DNA of 64,000 nt, taken from IMG/VR virus record IMGVR_UViG_3300033142_000627, positions 13,280 through 77,279 of that record. One strand, given 5' to 3'. Numbering within the stretch: the first letter of the stretch is position 1; every line of letters starts with the position of its first letter. Below, piece after piece: positions 27,679 to 35,825 of the stretch. Made by a program: the position numbers and the translations under genes. The notes below the pieces were generated by a model. The model was given only the letters and a program-made list of their open reading frames with translations, ran no database searches and had not been told where the DNA came from. The stretch comes from a virus. Its lineage: Duplodnaviria; Heunggongvirae; Uroviricota; Caudoviricetes.

Positions 27679-27823
27679 CTGATTTGTCTTCCTAGTGGGT
27701 CAACGGCGATTGCCATAAGTCGTTTCAGACTGGCAACTTCTTCCTGCAACTCTTTAACCTTTAAGTTTAGTGGATTTGTATATTTCTCCACAATATATCT
27801 TATTCGGATTTCTTCTGGTGTCA

Positions 27824-28081
27824 TTATGCCGGTCCAAATTTAACATCGGTGACACCATCCCAAGAAGAAGGTTTCTCACCAAACAGTTCTTGAACTTCCG
27901 TCATGCGTTCGCCGCCTGTAGAATTCAAAGGATGATCGTCATCCCATACTCCGATATCGGCCGTCTTTGAACTAAGAACAAATCCGGTCATTGCTCCGGA
28001 CTGTTCTATCATAGTTTCATATTCTTCGACTCCATAACCTTCAAAGTCAAGGACGATGATTTCAATCTTGTGTGCTTTCAT
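27824..28081 (-). CDS. Hypothetical protein (85 aa)
   Basis: Packed ORF. Confidence 0.4.
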   Translation of the reverse strand: MKAHKIEIIVLDFEGYGVEEYETMIEQSGAMTGFVLSSKTADIGVWDDDHPLNSTGGERMTEVQELFGEKPSSWDGVTDVKFGPA

Positions 28082-28284
28082 TATACAAATCCTGTTATCA
28101 GTGAAAATGGTCCAATAATAATACTCAGAGCTTTGTTCTTATTATCATCTTCCACAATGTGGATAGAGAACAACATTGTTCTAAATTCTCTATTTGATGT
28201 CATTGTCCATAAACCGGACTTAGCAAAACCGAGTTGTATGACAAATCTCCAAATGTTAAATATTTTCGTCATTTTGTTCCTCAA
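28081..28284 (-). CDS. Hypothetical protein (67 aa)
   Basis: Packed ORF. Confidence 0.35.
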   Translation of the reverse strand: MRNKMTKIFNIWRFVIQLGFAKSGLWTMTSNREFRTMLFSIHIVEDDNKNKALSIIIGPFSLITGFV

Positions 28285-28486
28285 AGTATTTCATATCATG
28301 GATGGTAAACCAACCATCGTCACCGATGATTCCTACTACCGGACTAGACCAGATTGGTGAATCAGTAGGAGAGACAGTGGTAACTTTATACAATTTTCCT
28401 AAAGTTATGTTCAGGTCATCTCCAACTTTGATACACTTTATAAAGTCTGTGGCCTTAATCACCTTTAACAATACCTTCATGAACAT
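28256..28486 (-). CDS. Hypothetical protein (76 aa)
   Basis: Packed ORF. Confidence 0.35.
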   Translation of the reverse strand: MFMKVLLKVIKATDFIKCIKVGDDLNITLGKLYKVTTVSPTDSPIWSSPVVGIIGDDGWFTIHDMKYFEEQNDENI

Positions 28487-29468
28487 CCCGCATCCACGCC
28501 CACCAAGGAGTCATATTTGCACGTTCAGGGTAGTCGCTGACTTCGGCAAGCATCATCACTTTATCAACAAGTTCTTCCAGAATAGGTTGAACCTCTGTTG
28601 TGTAGTCAAGTTCACCACGTTTTACAGCAAGGATAAAATTTGTCTCGCCAAGAGGGTATGAGAAACCACCATCTTCATAGATGTGTTTCGCTTGAACACC
28701 AGCACGAATCGCGTGACTCACTGCCTTCCAATCAACACCTTGGTTCTCTTTCGCTGCCTGAGCACGAGCACCGTAACTTGACCATAGGTTCTTTAGTTGT
28801 TGTCTAAAGATACCGATTTTCAGAGTCGATTGGTACTTGCGACCAAGAAGTTCGTAGAAAGTCTGAATCTCGCCTTTGGTTCCCACTGTAGCAGTAACAA
28901 TGCCAGAGTGTTCGCTGACAGGTAGACTATTCATAAATGAACCCAGTGTGGTAGGCACCATATGGCCACCATCACCGTCTTCTCTTGGACGGAACATCTC
29001 ATCAGAAATAAGGTCAACTTTCTTCATCGCCTCTTCAAGAACAGCAAGGCGTGAACCCTTCACGCCATACTTGGCAGCCTGCTTACGCACGTAACCAATG
29101 TATGACTTCATGTTCTTAGTGTAGAAACCTTCACGACCTTTCTTGAGATGGTCCCAAAGATACAGAGCGTCACCACCGACCACATTCTTTTCTTGTGAAT
29201 GAAGCATATCGATTGCAACAGTCTCGCCTTTGCCAATCAGCTCAAGGAACCGTTGAAGAGAGAAGTATTCGGTATCGATATCGCCTGCGCCATTCTTCGA
29301 ACCATCATCGCCAGTTGAATGACTGATATGAAAGGACGTATTTCCCATAAGGATATCTTCCTTTGAAGGAAGAACAATGCCTTTGTAATCACGGTCAGAA
29401 TCAGGTCCGGATAGACCATAAAGATGCGATCCAAACTCAAGTTTTACAATTAGTTTTCTTTCGGTCAT
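28455..29468 (-). CDS. Pol-beta superfamily nucleotidyltransferase (337 aa)
   Basis: GSHLYGLSGPDSDRDY fits the GS-x9-13-DxD NTase signature; a downstream Asp follows (VAIDML). Confidence 0.5.
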   Translation of the reverse strand: MTERKLIVKLEFGSHLYGLSGPDSDRDYKGIVLPSKEDILMGNTSFHISHSTGDDGSKNGAGDIDTEYFSLQRFLELIGKGETVAIDMLHSQEKNVVGGDALYLWDHLKKGREGFYTKNMKSYIGYVRKQAAKYGVKGSRLAVLEEAMKKVDLISDEMFRPREDGDGGHMVPTTLGSFMNSLPVSEHSGIVTATVGTKGEIQTFYELLGRKYQSTLKIGIFRQQLKNLWSSYGARAQAAKENQGVDWKAVSHAIRAGVQAKHIYEDGGFSYPLGETNFILAVKRGELDYTTEVQPILEELVDKVMMLAEVSDYPERANMTPWWAWMRDVHEGIVKGD

Positions 29469-29500
29469 TGTTCTCTCTCAGAATTTTGAGGTTGGTGCCA

Positions 29501-29525
29501 GAACGGCACCAACCAGATAGTTTAA
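29501..29525. terminator. Strong 10-bp stem-loop (GGTTGGTGCC-agaac-GGCACCAACC)
   Basis: Perfect inverted repeat between the HTH gene stop and the NTase start. The flanks are only weakly T-rich. Confidence 0.45.
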
Positions 29526-29531
29526 AGTCTA

Positions 29532-29768
29532 TTAAAGACTATAGGTTGTAGCGATGTTACCAGTTACTTTGCATTGGCGCTTATCTTCATAAGCCCATAC
29601 GCCGGTAGAATCATCAGTTGCTGTGTATTGCATTGTGCCAAGATTGTTACGTACAGTCTTGAGGCGTGACTTTGTGCCGCGAGCAATCTCGCCAGCGGTC
29701 ATTGGGTTCTTACAACGCTTCAAATACGTGCGAATCTTTTGTGCGGTTGATGCAGTCTTCTTTGCCAT
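29532..29768 (-). CDS. Small HTH DNA-binding protein (78 aa)
   Basis: PMTAGEIARGTKSRLKTVRNNL helix-turn-helix pattern. Confidence 0.45.
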   Translation of the reverse strand: MAKKTASTAQKIRTYLKRCKNPMTAGEIARGTKSRLKTVRNNLGTMQYTATDDSTGVWAYEDKRQCKVTGNIATTYSL

Positions 29769-29857
29769 AATATAGTTTTACCTTCTTTAATTTAAGTGAA
29801 TTTAAAGGCGTCACTTGTCACCTGTAGATACCATTATTACATATCAGATAGGTGATG

Positions 29858-30097
29858 TCAAGAGTTTCTTGTATCCTGTTTCTCATTCCAAGGATTGACG
29901 CCAGGACGTGTCACGGAACCATTATTCTTGATGTCCGCCCATGACCAATCCTCAGCGCCATTAACATGGAGTGTGAAGGAAATCTCTCCCTCAGGCAACT
30001 CAGGATGTTTCGTGTCGGCCAGAATCTTTTGGACCGCCTCTGATATTTCTCGTTTTTGTTGTATTGAAAACATTAGCAATACACCGCGTTTTCCCAC
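29858..30097 (-). CDS. Hypothetical protein (79 aa)
   Basis: Packed ORF. Confidence 0.4.
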   Translation of the reverse strand: MGKRGVLLMFSIQQKREISEAVQKILADTKHPELPEGEISFTLHVNGAEDWSWADIKNNGSVTRPGVNPWNEKQDTRNS

Positions 30098-30309
30098 CGG
30101 CCATTCTCCGGGTCAGCATATTGTGCTTCTTTGATATCTTCTAATGTATATGTACAACCCATTAGATAGATTTCTTCTGGCCAGTCCGGAATTATTCTAT
30201 CGTTGATCTCGGTGCCTAAAATCCTCACGGTGCCATTCGGTTGTCGATAACCACCCAAATCAAATCCGGCCATTTCGCCATTTCGAACTTCAAATTCTTC
30301 TTCCATCAT
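30073..30309 (-). CDS. Hypothetical protein (78 aa)
   Basis: Packed ORF. Confidence 0.4.
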   Translation of the reverse strand: MMEEEFEVRNGEMAGFDLGGYRQPNGTVRILGTEINDRIIPDWPEEIYLMGCTYTLEDIKEAQYADPENGRWENAVYC

Positions 30310-30521
30310 TATAGTAACTTAATCTCCTTTACTTTATAACTATTGTATTTGTCAAAACTTGTTCTAAAATTCTCTGCCTTTCTTTCTGAATCGAATGCTG
30401 GAGATGGTTCTCCTAAATCAAACCATTCTCCGTCTGTATGTAATGACAGATATGGCTCTCCGGGTTCACCGTGACCGTGAGGACCACGAACTTCTCGTAC
30501 AATTAAAAATATTGAGTTCAT
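30309..30521 (-). CDS. Hypothetical protein (70 aa)
   Basis: Packed ORF. Confidence 0.4.
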   Translation of the reverse strand: MNSIFLIVREVRGPHGHGEPGEPYLSLHTDGEWFDLGEPSPAFDSERKAENFRTSFDKYNSYKVKEIKLL

Positions 30522-30539
30522 AACAATAAATCTCCTAAA

Positions 30540-30755
30540 CTAGTTCAGTGATAAAAATACGCTTTCGTCAGGTTCAGCGGATACAATGACAATCTCATCC
30601 TCTGGCACCCAACCAACCTTTTCGCCATCTTCATCATACTCAAGATTACCAGCAAGATATTCATCAACCCGTTTTTCTGCCTTCTCTTCTGTAGAGAAGA
30701 TGCCGAGAACCACGGTATCAGGCGAACCACACACATTATGTATAACAACAAACAT
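30540..30755 (-). CDS. Small acidic protein, member of a 3-copy family (see 63503 and 63756)
   Basis: VVLGIFSTEEKAEKRVDEYL resembles LLLGIYSTERKAIEAKE and IYGVYSTNGLAEKAVEEL. Confidence 0.45.
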   Translation of the reverse strand: MFVVIHNVCGSPDTVVLGIFSTEEKAEKRVDEYLAGNLEYDEDGEKVGWVPEDEIVIVSAEPDESVFLSLN

Positions 30756-30759
30756 ACTA

Positions 30760-31080
30760 TTAACCTCTCAATGAATGTATAAACTCATCGCCTTTTGGAG
30801 ACAAGTACAATTTTTTAGTTTTTGTGTCATACTCTGTCCAACCCATTTTCGCAATCGCGCCAAACGTGTGTGACAAATATCCCGGACGATTCTCACGACC
30901 CAAGACATTTTTTAACAATTCTGTTTTACTTTGCGGACCCGACTCAAGGCCTTCGACCAGTCGAGCATAGATAGTTTTAGTACCATCAGATTTAACAGGA
31001 CTATTACAAGCATATCCTGACCATCTACATAGTGTATTTACACTCATTTGATTTCTCCATCTGTGTTCAGTACGTTCCAA
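30760..31080 (-). CDS. Hypothetical protein (106 aa)
   Basis: Packed ORF. Confidence 0.45.
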   Translation of the reverse strand: MERTEHRWRNQMSVNTLCRWSGYACNSPVKSDGTKTIYARLVEGLESGPQSKTELLKNVLGRENRPGYLSHTFGAIAKMGWTEYDTKTKKLYLSPKGDEFIHSLRG

Positions 31081-31340
31081 ACTTCATCACGTTCAGCGAC
31101 AAGTTCATCAATTCGGTCATCTAACCGTTCAAGTTGATCGAGAGCGTTCTTTTCGAATTTCTTAATCCATTTCGACCACTCGCCGACATCAGAGGTGCAA
31201 TTATTCTTACCAGCCAAACACTTACCGTTTTTAACCAAGTAATATCGAGCATGACGAATTCCATTATAAACAGAATAACCATCTTGTTCAAACACCAATT
31301 CATAATTCTCATTAGGAGTAAACGCGCCGAATTTACTCAT
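31044..31340 (-). CDS. Hypothetical protein (start revised to MSKFGAF)
   Basis: The listed start at 31352 is a GTG. An ATG lies at 31340. Confidence 0.4.
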   Translation of the reverse strand: MSKFGAFTPNENYELVFEQDGYSVYNGIRHARYYLVKNGKCLAGKNNCTSDVGEWSKWIKKFEKNALDQLERLDDRIDELVAERDEVWNVLNTDGEIK

Positions 31341-31342
31341 GA

Positions 31343-31495
31343 TTAAGCCCACCCAAACATAAATTTAAAACGGAAAATCTTAATACCGAAAAATGTATTA
31401 ACAGTACTACCCTTAATAAGGTTCATCTCCTCTAAACGCAAGTACTTCCAACCTATGAAGCTAGATTTCATTGTCACATCATTTAATGGTTGCAT
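31343..31495 (-). CDS. Small protein (about 50 aa)
   Basis: Hand-translated ORF. First gene after cassette 9. Confidence 0.3.
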   Translation of the reverse strand: MQPLNDVTMKSSFIGWKYLRLEEMNLIKGSTVNTFFGIKIFRFKFMFGWA

Positions 31496-31526
31496 CTCGT
31501 TTTCTCTCTCAACTCAATTTATACGT

Positions 31527-31592
31527 CCATTATACAGGTATTGGTACCACCGGCAACCAGCCAGCGTAAGTATTTGAAATGATTGTGCTTAT
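31527..31592 (-). promoter_or_regulatory. Cassette 9 (28-nt box plus TTGCCG-16-TATAAT)
   Basis: -10 at 31529-31534, -35 at 31551-31556, box at 31565-31592. Confidence 0.6.
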
Positions 31593-31672
31593 CTGCACAT
31601 TAGTCCAGTTTATGGAGCGCCAGACACTAAAATGACGCCACAAGGGCGCCACATTAGCGAGAGAGTCGTTAT

Positions 31673-32584
31673 CTACTTCTTGGTGTTGAACATGTTCACT
31701 TGAGCACCTACAGACGACAGGGCATCAAATGGGAGGTAGGTAGTGTTGTTAGTACCATTCTCCATGCCTACTGCAACTGCTTCGGCGTAAATCTCTTGAA
31801 TAGCGAGTTCACGTAGTCGAATGACCTGTGGTGTCGCTGAACTACCAAGTGCTACGTTCTGTGCAGCAAGCGATTCAGCATCAATCAGTTCTTTCTGAGC
31901 ACGTTTGGACGCCAATGCAATACGGTTATCAGACTTTGTTAAAGCGATTGCTTGTTTCGCATTTTCTTCAAACAATTTAAGTTCTCTATCCTTGTTTGTC
32001 TTGATTCTGTCCTTAATCAGTTTCGGCAATGCCATCGAAGGAACAGACACATCGCTGAAGGTGATAGGAAGCTTCTTTGCAGCAGCAACTACAGCATCAT
32101 TCAAAGCTTTGTTAACAACAGCACGATTAGCAAGCGCTTCTTCTGGCGTATACTGCGAAAGAATCTCGCGTGATTTTGTCTCGATGAGAATAGCACCATA
32201 CATTCCATAAATCGATTCAGCAGAAATAAACTTATTTTCTGGTAGTTTGATATCGTCAAACATTGCGTTAACTGTTGCAGGGTCATTCTTCAACTTGTAA
32301 CGGAATTTTACCGTGTGTTTCATATCAAGTCCAAACTTTGCCGAACCATCGGGATTTGAATCTTTCATTGTGACATCAAGCGGCATACGACCAAGTTTTG
32401 TTGAACCATCAAGGACAACCATCTCATCACGTCCCCATAGGGTGTATTTTCCGGTCGGCAAGATTTCAGGCAGATAACCATCTACGCCTACTACTTTACC
32501 ATAACTCACTGGCGGGATTGTCTCAAATGAACAACCAGTTACCATTGCGGTGGCCATTGCTAGTGCGATTAACTTCTTTTTCAT
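31673..32584 (-). CDS. Lipoprotein with a possible SPFH/band-7-like coiled-coil domain (303 aa)
   Basis: Signal peptide with lipobox VTGCS. Ala/Glu/Lys-rich helical C-terminal half. Confidence 0.45.
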   Translation of the reverse strand: MKKKLIALAMATAMVTGCSFETIPPVSYGKVVGVDGYLPEILPTGKYTLWGRDEMVVLDGSTKLGRMPLDVTMKDSNPDGSAKFGLDMKHTVKFRYKLKNDPATVNAMFDDIKLPENKFISAESIYGMYGAILIETKSREILSQYTPEEALANRAVVNKALNDAVVAAAKKLPITFSDVSVPSMALPKLIKDRIKTNKDRELKLFEENAKQAIALTKSDNRIALASKRAQKELIDAESLAAQNVALGSSATPQVIRLRELAIQEIYAEAVAVGMENGTNNTTYLPFDALSSVGAQVNMFNTKK

Positions 32585-32599
32585 AATATGTTTACTCTC

Positions 32600-32947
32600 T
32601 TACTTAGTTTTAGATTTAAAATCGTCAGCAGCATCAACTTTTGCGGCTTCACGTTTTTCTTTGGTGTAACGTTGGTCAACAGAAGGAACAAACTCTTTCT
32701 GTTCGGCCGGAACACTCTCAAAGGTAGAACGTTGGTAGTTTGTGGCGCGTGTATCAGTCAGTTTGATAGGCACAAACAATAGTAGTGCTACAGTGATACC
32801 AACAGCGATGAATTCCCAAGTCTTATAGGTTGGTGTTTCCATCTCAAAGATTGCTTCTTTGTTTCTACGGAAGAATGTGTAGAAAGCGACAAACATCGGC
32901 GATAGTTTCAGCAACTTAATTAAAATTGCTAGTCCTACGATTTCCAT
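32600..32947 (-). CDS. Membrane protein (115 aa)
   Basis: Two TM helices. Confidence 0.45.
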   Translation of the reverse strand: MEIVGLAILIKLLKLSPMFVAFYTFFRRNKEAIFEMETPTYKTWEFIAVGITVALLLFVPIKLTDTRATNYQRSTFESVPAEQKEFVPSVDQRYTKEKREAAKVDAADDFKSKTK

Positions 32948-33210
32948 TATTTGGTTTCTCCATTCAGAACAATGCCAATATCTTCCGCGATAACTCGTTG
33001 CGAGGCATCACGTACCAACATAGAACCGTCAAATACATTGACAATACTAACGCGGGAATCTTTTACAGTACTACAAACCATCCAGAATAGGTCCTCTTTG
33101 ATCGCATCTTCACGCGACATATGGGCAAATCTGAATGTGTTGCCTTGGTCTATCGTGTTAAGGGCGACAGAACTTTCAAGAACCTCGGTAGAGGATATTT
33201 GGCGTTTCAT
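32947..33210 (-). CDS. Hypothetical protein (87 aa)
   Basis: Packed ORF. Confidence 0.4.
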   Translation of the reverse strand: MKRQISSTEVLESSVALNTIDQGNTFRFAHMSREDAIKEDLFWMVCSTVKDSRVSIVNVFDGSMLVRDASQRVIAEDIGIVLNGETK

Positions 33211-33375
33211 AATATATGTTTTCTCTCTTTTTCAAATTAACAGACTCCATCATATCAACCCAGACTACGGATGTCAAGACAAATGGGAATATAGTTTTTA
33301 ATAAATAAAGGTACGAATACAGGAGATGCTGAAACATCTCCTCCACTCTAATCACAACTTAATGGTACTTAAGCA

Positions 33376-34038
33376 ATGACTACATCTATTTATACGCACT
33401 ATACATATTTAATAACCAATACAACTTCTAATAAAATGTATATTGGTCTACGTTCTTGTGTGGGTCCGGCCGAAGATGACCCATATATGGGATCATCCCA
33501 CGATAAAAAATTTAAAAAGCTTCTCTCAGATAAACCAAAAATATTCACAAAGATTATTATTGGATTATGGCCAAGTAGAAATCTGGCAGCTGCTCATGAG
33601 ATATGGTTACATGGTTATTATAATGTTGCGACAAACCCATTATATTACAATAAGTGTAACGCTATTGGTTCTGGGTTTAGTATGTTAGGTGTAAAAACAT
33701 CACCAGAGACAAAATTAAAACAAAGTTTATCCTCTATAGGACAAGAAAGAAGTGCTGAGTATAGAAAAAACATCAGCAAAGCTAAAATCGGTTCTCGTAA
33801 TCCGTTATTTAAAGGATGGTGTATACATAATGGAACAAAATATACACCTGTTGAATTATCTAAACATTTAGGTCACAAAATAACAAGAGGATGTTGTGAT
33901 AAATGGTGTAAAAATAACAATAGTGTTATATCAATTTATACGTATATCAACTCCCATTACCTACAATCATTAGGACCATCAGAATCATTGATAGGCAAAA
34001 CATTCGAACAGTTAGGATTTTCTTTCGAATTCGTTTAA
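33376..34038 (+). CDS. GIY-YIG homing endonuclease (Seg-like, with NUMOD-type DNA-binding repeats)
   Basis: YTYLITNTTSNKMYIG is a GIY-YIG motif. EYRKNISKAKIGSRNP is NUMOD3-like. It is the only plus-strand gene in a minus-strand array. Confidence 0.75.
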   Translation: MTTSIYTHYTYLITNTTSNKMYIGLRSCVGPAEDDPYMGSSHDKKFKKLLSDKPKIFTKIIIGLWPSRNLAAAHEIWLHGYYNVATNPLYYNKCNAIGSGFSMLGVKTSPETKLKQSLSSIGQERSAEYRKNISKAKIGSRNPLFKGWCIHNGTKYTPVELSKHLGHKITRGCCDKWCKNNNSVISIYTYINSHYLQSLGPSESLIGKTFEQLGFSFEFV

Positions 34039-34040
34039 CG

Positions 34041-34442
34041 TCAAGATTTTTTCTGAGAGTCTCCAAAAACAAGTTGGTCGTCACTCATAATCTGTTCAAG
34101 GGTAGCGCCATCATAGTCGTCTGTGTATGGTTTGAATCCTTTTCCGTTGTTATTAGAATCAAAAAGGCCAAAGATGTTGTTCAACTCTTTAGCAATATCT
34201 TCTAATTCGGGAACTTTCCGTTCGACACCAAATATCTCAGTTTCCAATATACATTCATTTTGTTTTGAAATCAAAGCATCCATAGGAGTCTTTCCTGTTG
34301 GTATACCATTCTTATCAATGAATGTTACAGCACTCAATCCTCTAAGTCCCTTTTCGTTAATCTCTTTATTCATGTACTTGATGAATTTGTCAATCTCGCT
34401 CATAATGATTCCTTTAATAATAAAATTTTCTCTTTGTTGCAT
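34041..34442 (-). CDS. Hypothetical protein (133 aa)
   Basis: Packed ORF. Confidence 0.45.
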   Translation of the reverse strand: MQQRENFIIKGIIMSEIDKFIKYMNKEINEKGLRGLSAVTFIDKNGIPTGKTPMDALISKQNECILETEIFGVERKVPELEDIAKELNNIFGLFDSNNNGKGFKPYTDDYDGATLEQIMSDDQLVFGDSQKKS

Positions 34443-34696
34443 TGTTTTCGTATTGAATTATACTCGGCATTTGTCAACTTGTCTCCGGAGGAAATCATTT
34501 CAGACAATACCGGTTTCAAACTAGGACAATCTGCCTTAGCCCTGTCAATGATATATTCGTATGATGCAACATTTACTTCTTTTGATCTTTGGTTCTCGAC
34601 TATAGCTGCGGTGACTTGCCATAAAACAATCATCACAACAATGAGAACCAAAGTGGGCCATGTAGCATCAAAGAACATCTTTAATTTTCTTATCAT
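34400..34696 (-). CDS. Membrane protein (98 aa)
   Basis: TM helix near the N-terminus. Confidence 0.4.
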   Translation of the reverse strand: MIRKLKMFFDATWPTLVLIVVMIVLWQVTAAIVENQRSKEVNVASYEYIIDRAKADCPSLKPVLSEMISSGDKLTNAEYNSIRKQCNKEKILLLKESL

Positions 34697-34902
34697 TTTT
34701 GTAATCCTCCATAATAAATTGTACTAGACATCACTCTATAATTAAACTCAGTCCGACCAATAGGTTCGTTAAAGTCTTTTGGACCATAGGTATTATAAAG
34801 GTCTCCTCCGCGCCAACCGTCTGGGTCCATTATGATAATGCCTCGTTCAGTTGCCCATTCGGTTGGTGTCTTTAGTTCTTCATCGGTCATTCTATTCTCC
34901 AT
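34693..34902 (-). CDS. Hypothetical protein (69 aa)
   Basis: Packed ORF. Confidence 0.4.
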   Translation of the reverse strand: MENRMTDEELKTPTEWATERGIIIMDPDGWRGGDLYNTYGPKDFNEPIGRTEFNYRVMSSTIYYGGLQK

Positions 34903-35173
34903 GATACTGCCATAGAACAGCGTTACAATAGTTGTGTACTGCGCCGATTGTCATGCCGGTACGGTGGTCATGATGTAGGTGCACCGGCCATTTAAAGAAC
35001 CCAGTTGGGAATAGTTTTCTATTCACCGGCATATCAGTTATCTTTTTAGGCGGATGACCACCAAGAGGCGAACCACAGTGACAACAGTTGCCATCTTGTA
35101 TCTTCGCATACTCTTCGCGTATAAGACGCCTTTGGTATTGAGGCACCTCGTTGTAATTAACAGGTAATTTCAT
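34892..35173 (-). CDS. Endonuclease VII-domain protein (short, gp49-like nuclease core)
   Basis: DGNCCHCGSPL ... HLHHDHRTGMTIGAVHNYCNAVL matches T4 endo VII NGKCLICQREL ... HLDHDHELNG...GLLCNLCNAAEG. Confidence 0.65.
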   Translation of the reverse strand: MKLPVNYNEVPQYQRRLIREEYAKIQDGNCCHCGSPLGGHPPKKITDMPVNRKLFPTGFFKWPVHLHHDHRTGMTIGAVHNYCNAVLWQYHGE

Positions 35174-35184
35174 TGTTCGTTCCG

Positions 35185-35619
35185 TTAAATGTGTTTGTCC
35201 ATTTTCCCAAAGAACTTTTCCACATCAAGATATTTGTTCAAATTTGGAACATAGAATTGTTTCTCTTTGTCCCTAAAATCCAAATATTCTGAGTATGCAA
35301 CAACATCAATGAGATTTGTTCTTCTGTTGTCCATCATCATTGGATTCCATACCGAAATCTTTTTGATACGTGTGTTGATAAATTTATTATCTTGTAACGC
35401 ATCAATAGATTTAAGATACTCTTCGCATCCTTCTTGAATTATCCATAGACCATTCTGTATCTTTGGTTCAAGACCATTCCAGAAGAGATCTACAGAGAAC
35501 TTGTTTGTGGTGTCTCCACATATAATGCCTTCATCCGCTTTACTAAAAACAGTTCCAATAGCACTAAAGTAGTCATTTCTACAAAATTCTATTCTATTGA
35601 TTCTCGCATCTAGTTTCAT
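35185..35619 (-). CDS. Hypothetical protein (144 aa)
   Basis: Packed ORF. Confidence 0.45.
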   Translation of the reverse strand: MKLDARINRIEFCRNDYFSAIGTVFSKADEGIICGDTTNKFSVDLFWNGLEPKIQNGLWIIQEGCEEYLKSIDALQDNKFINTRIKKISVWNPMMMDNRRTNLIDVVAYSEYLDFRDKEKQFYVPNLNKYLDVEKFFGKMDKHI

Positions 35620-35825
35620 TCTTCAAAAACCTTCGCTCCGAATACAGGCACACAATGTTTGTCTCTTGGTAATGATTTTTCACATTCTACAATAGACTGA
35701 TTTGTTTGTGTGCCATATTCATATACAGGCGTTTTTTTCATTATCCACATTCCAAAAAACATTGAAATGATAACCGCCCAGACAAAAGCGAGAAGGATTC
35801 CATTGTTGTTCATTGTACTCTCCAA
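35616..35825 (-). CDS. Small membrane protein (69 aa)
   Basis: TM helix. Confidence 0.4.
   Translation of the reverse strand: MESTMNNNGILLAFVWAVIISMFFGMWIMKKTPVYEYGTQTNQSIVECEKSLPRDKHCVPVFGAKVFEE

Noticed and set aside
30545-30751. Alternative-frame 68-aa ORF overlapping 30540-30755
   Set aside because: It lies in a different frame of the same interval. The acidic 71-aa frame has family members elsewhere at 63503 and 63756, so I prefer that frame.
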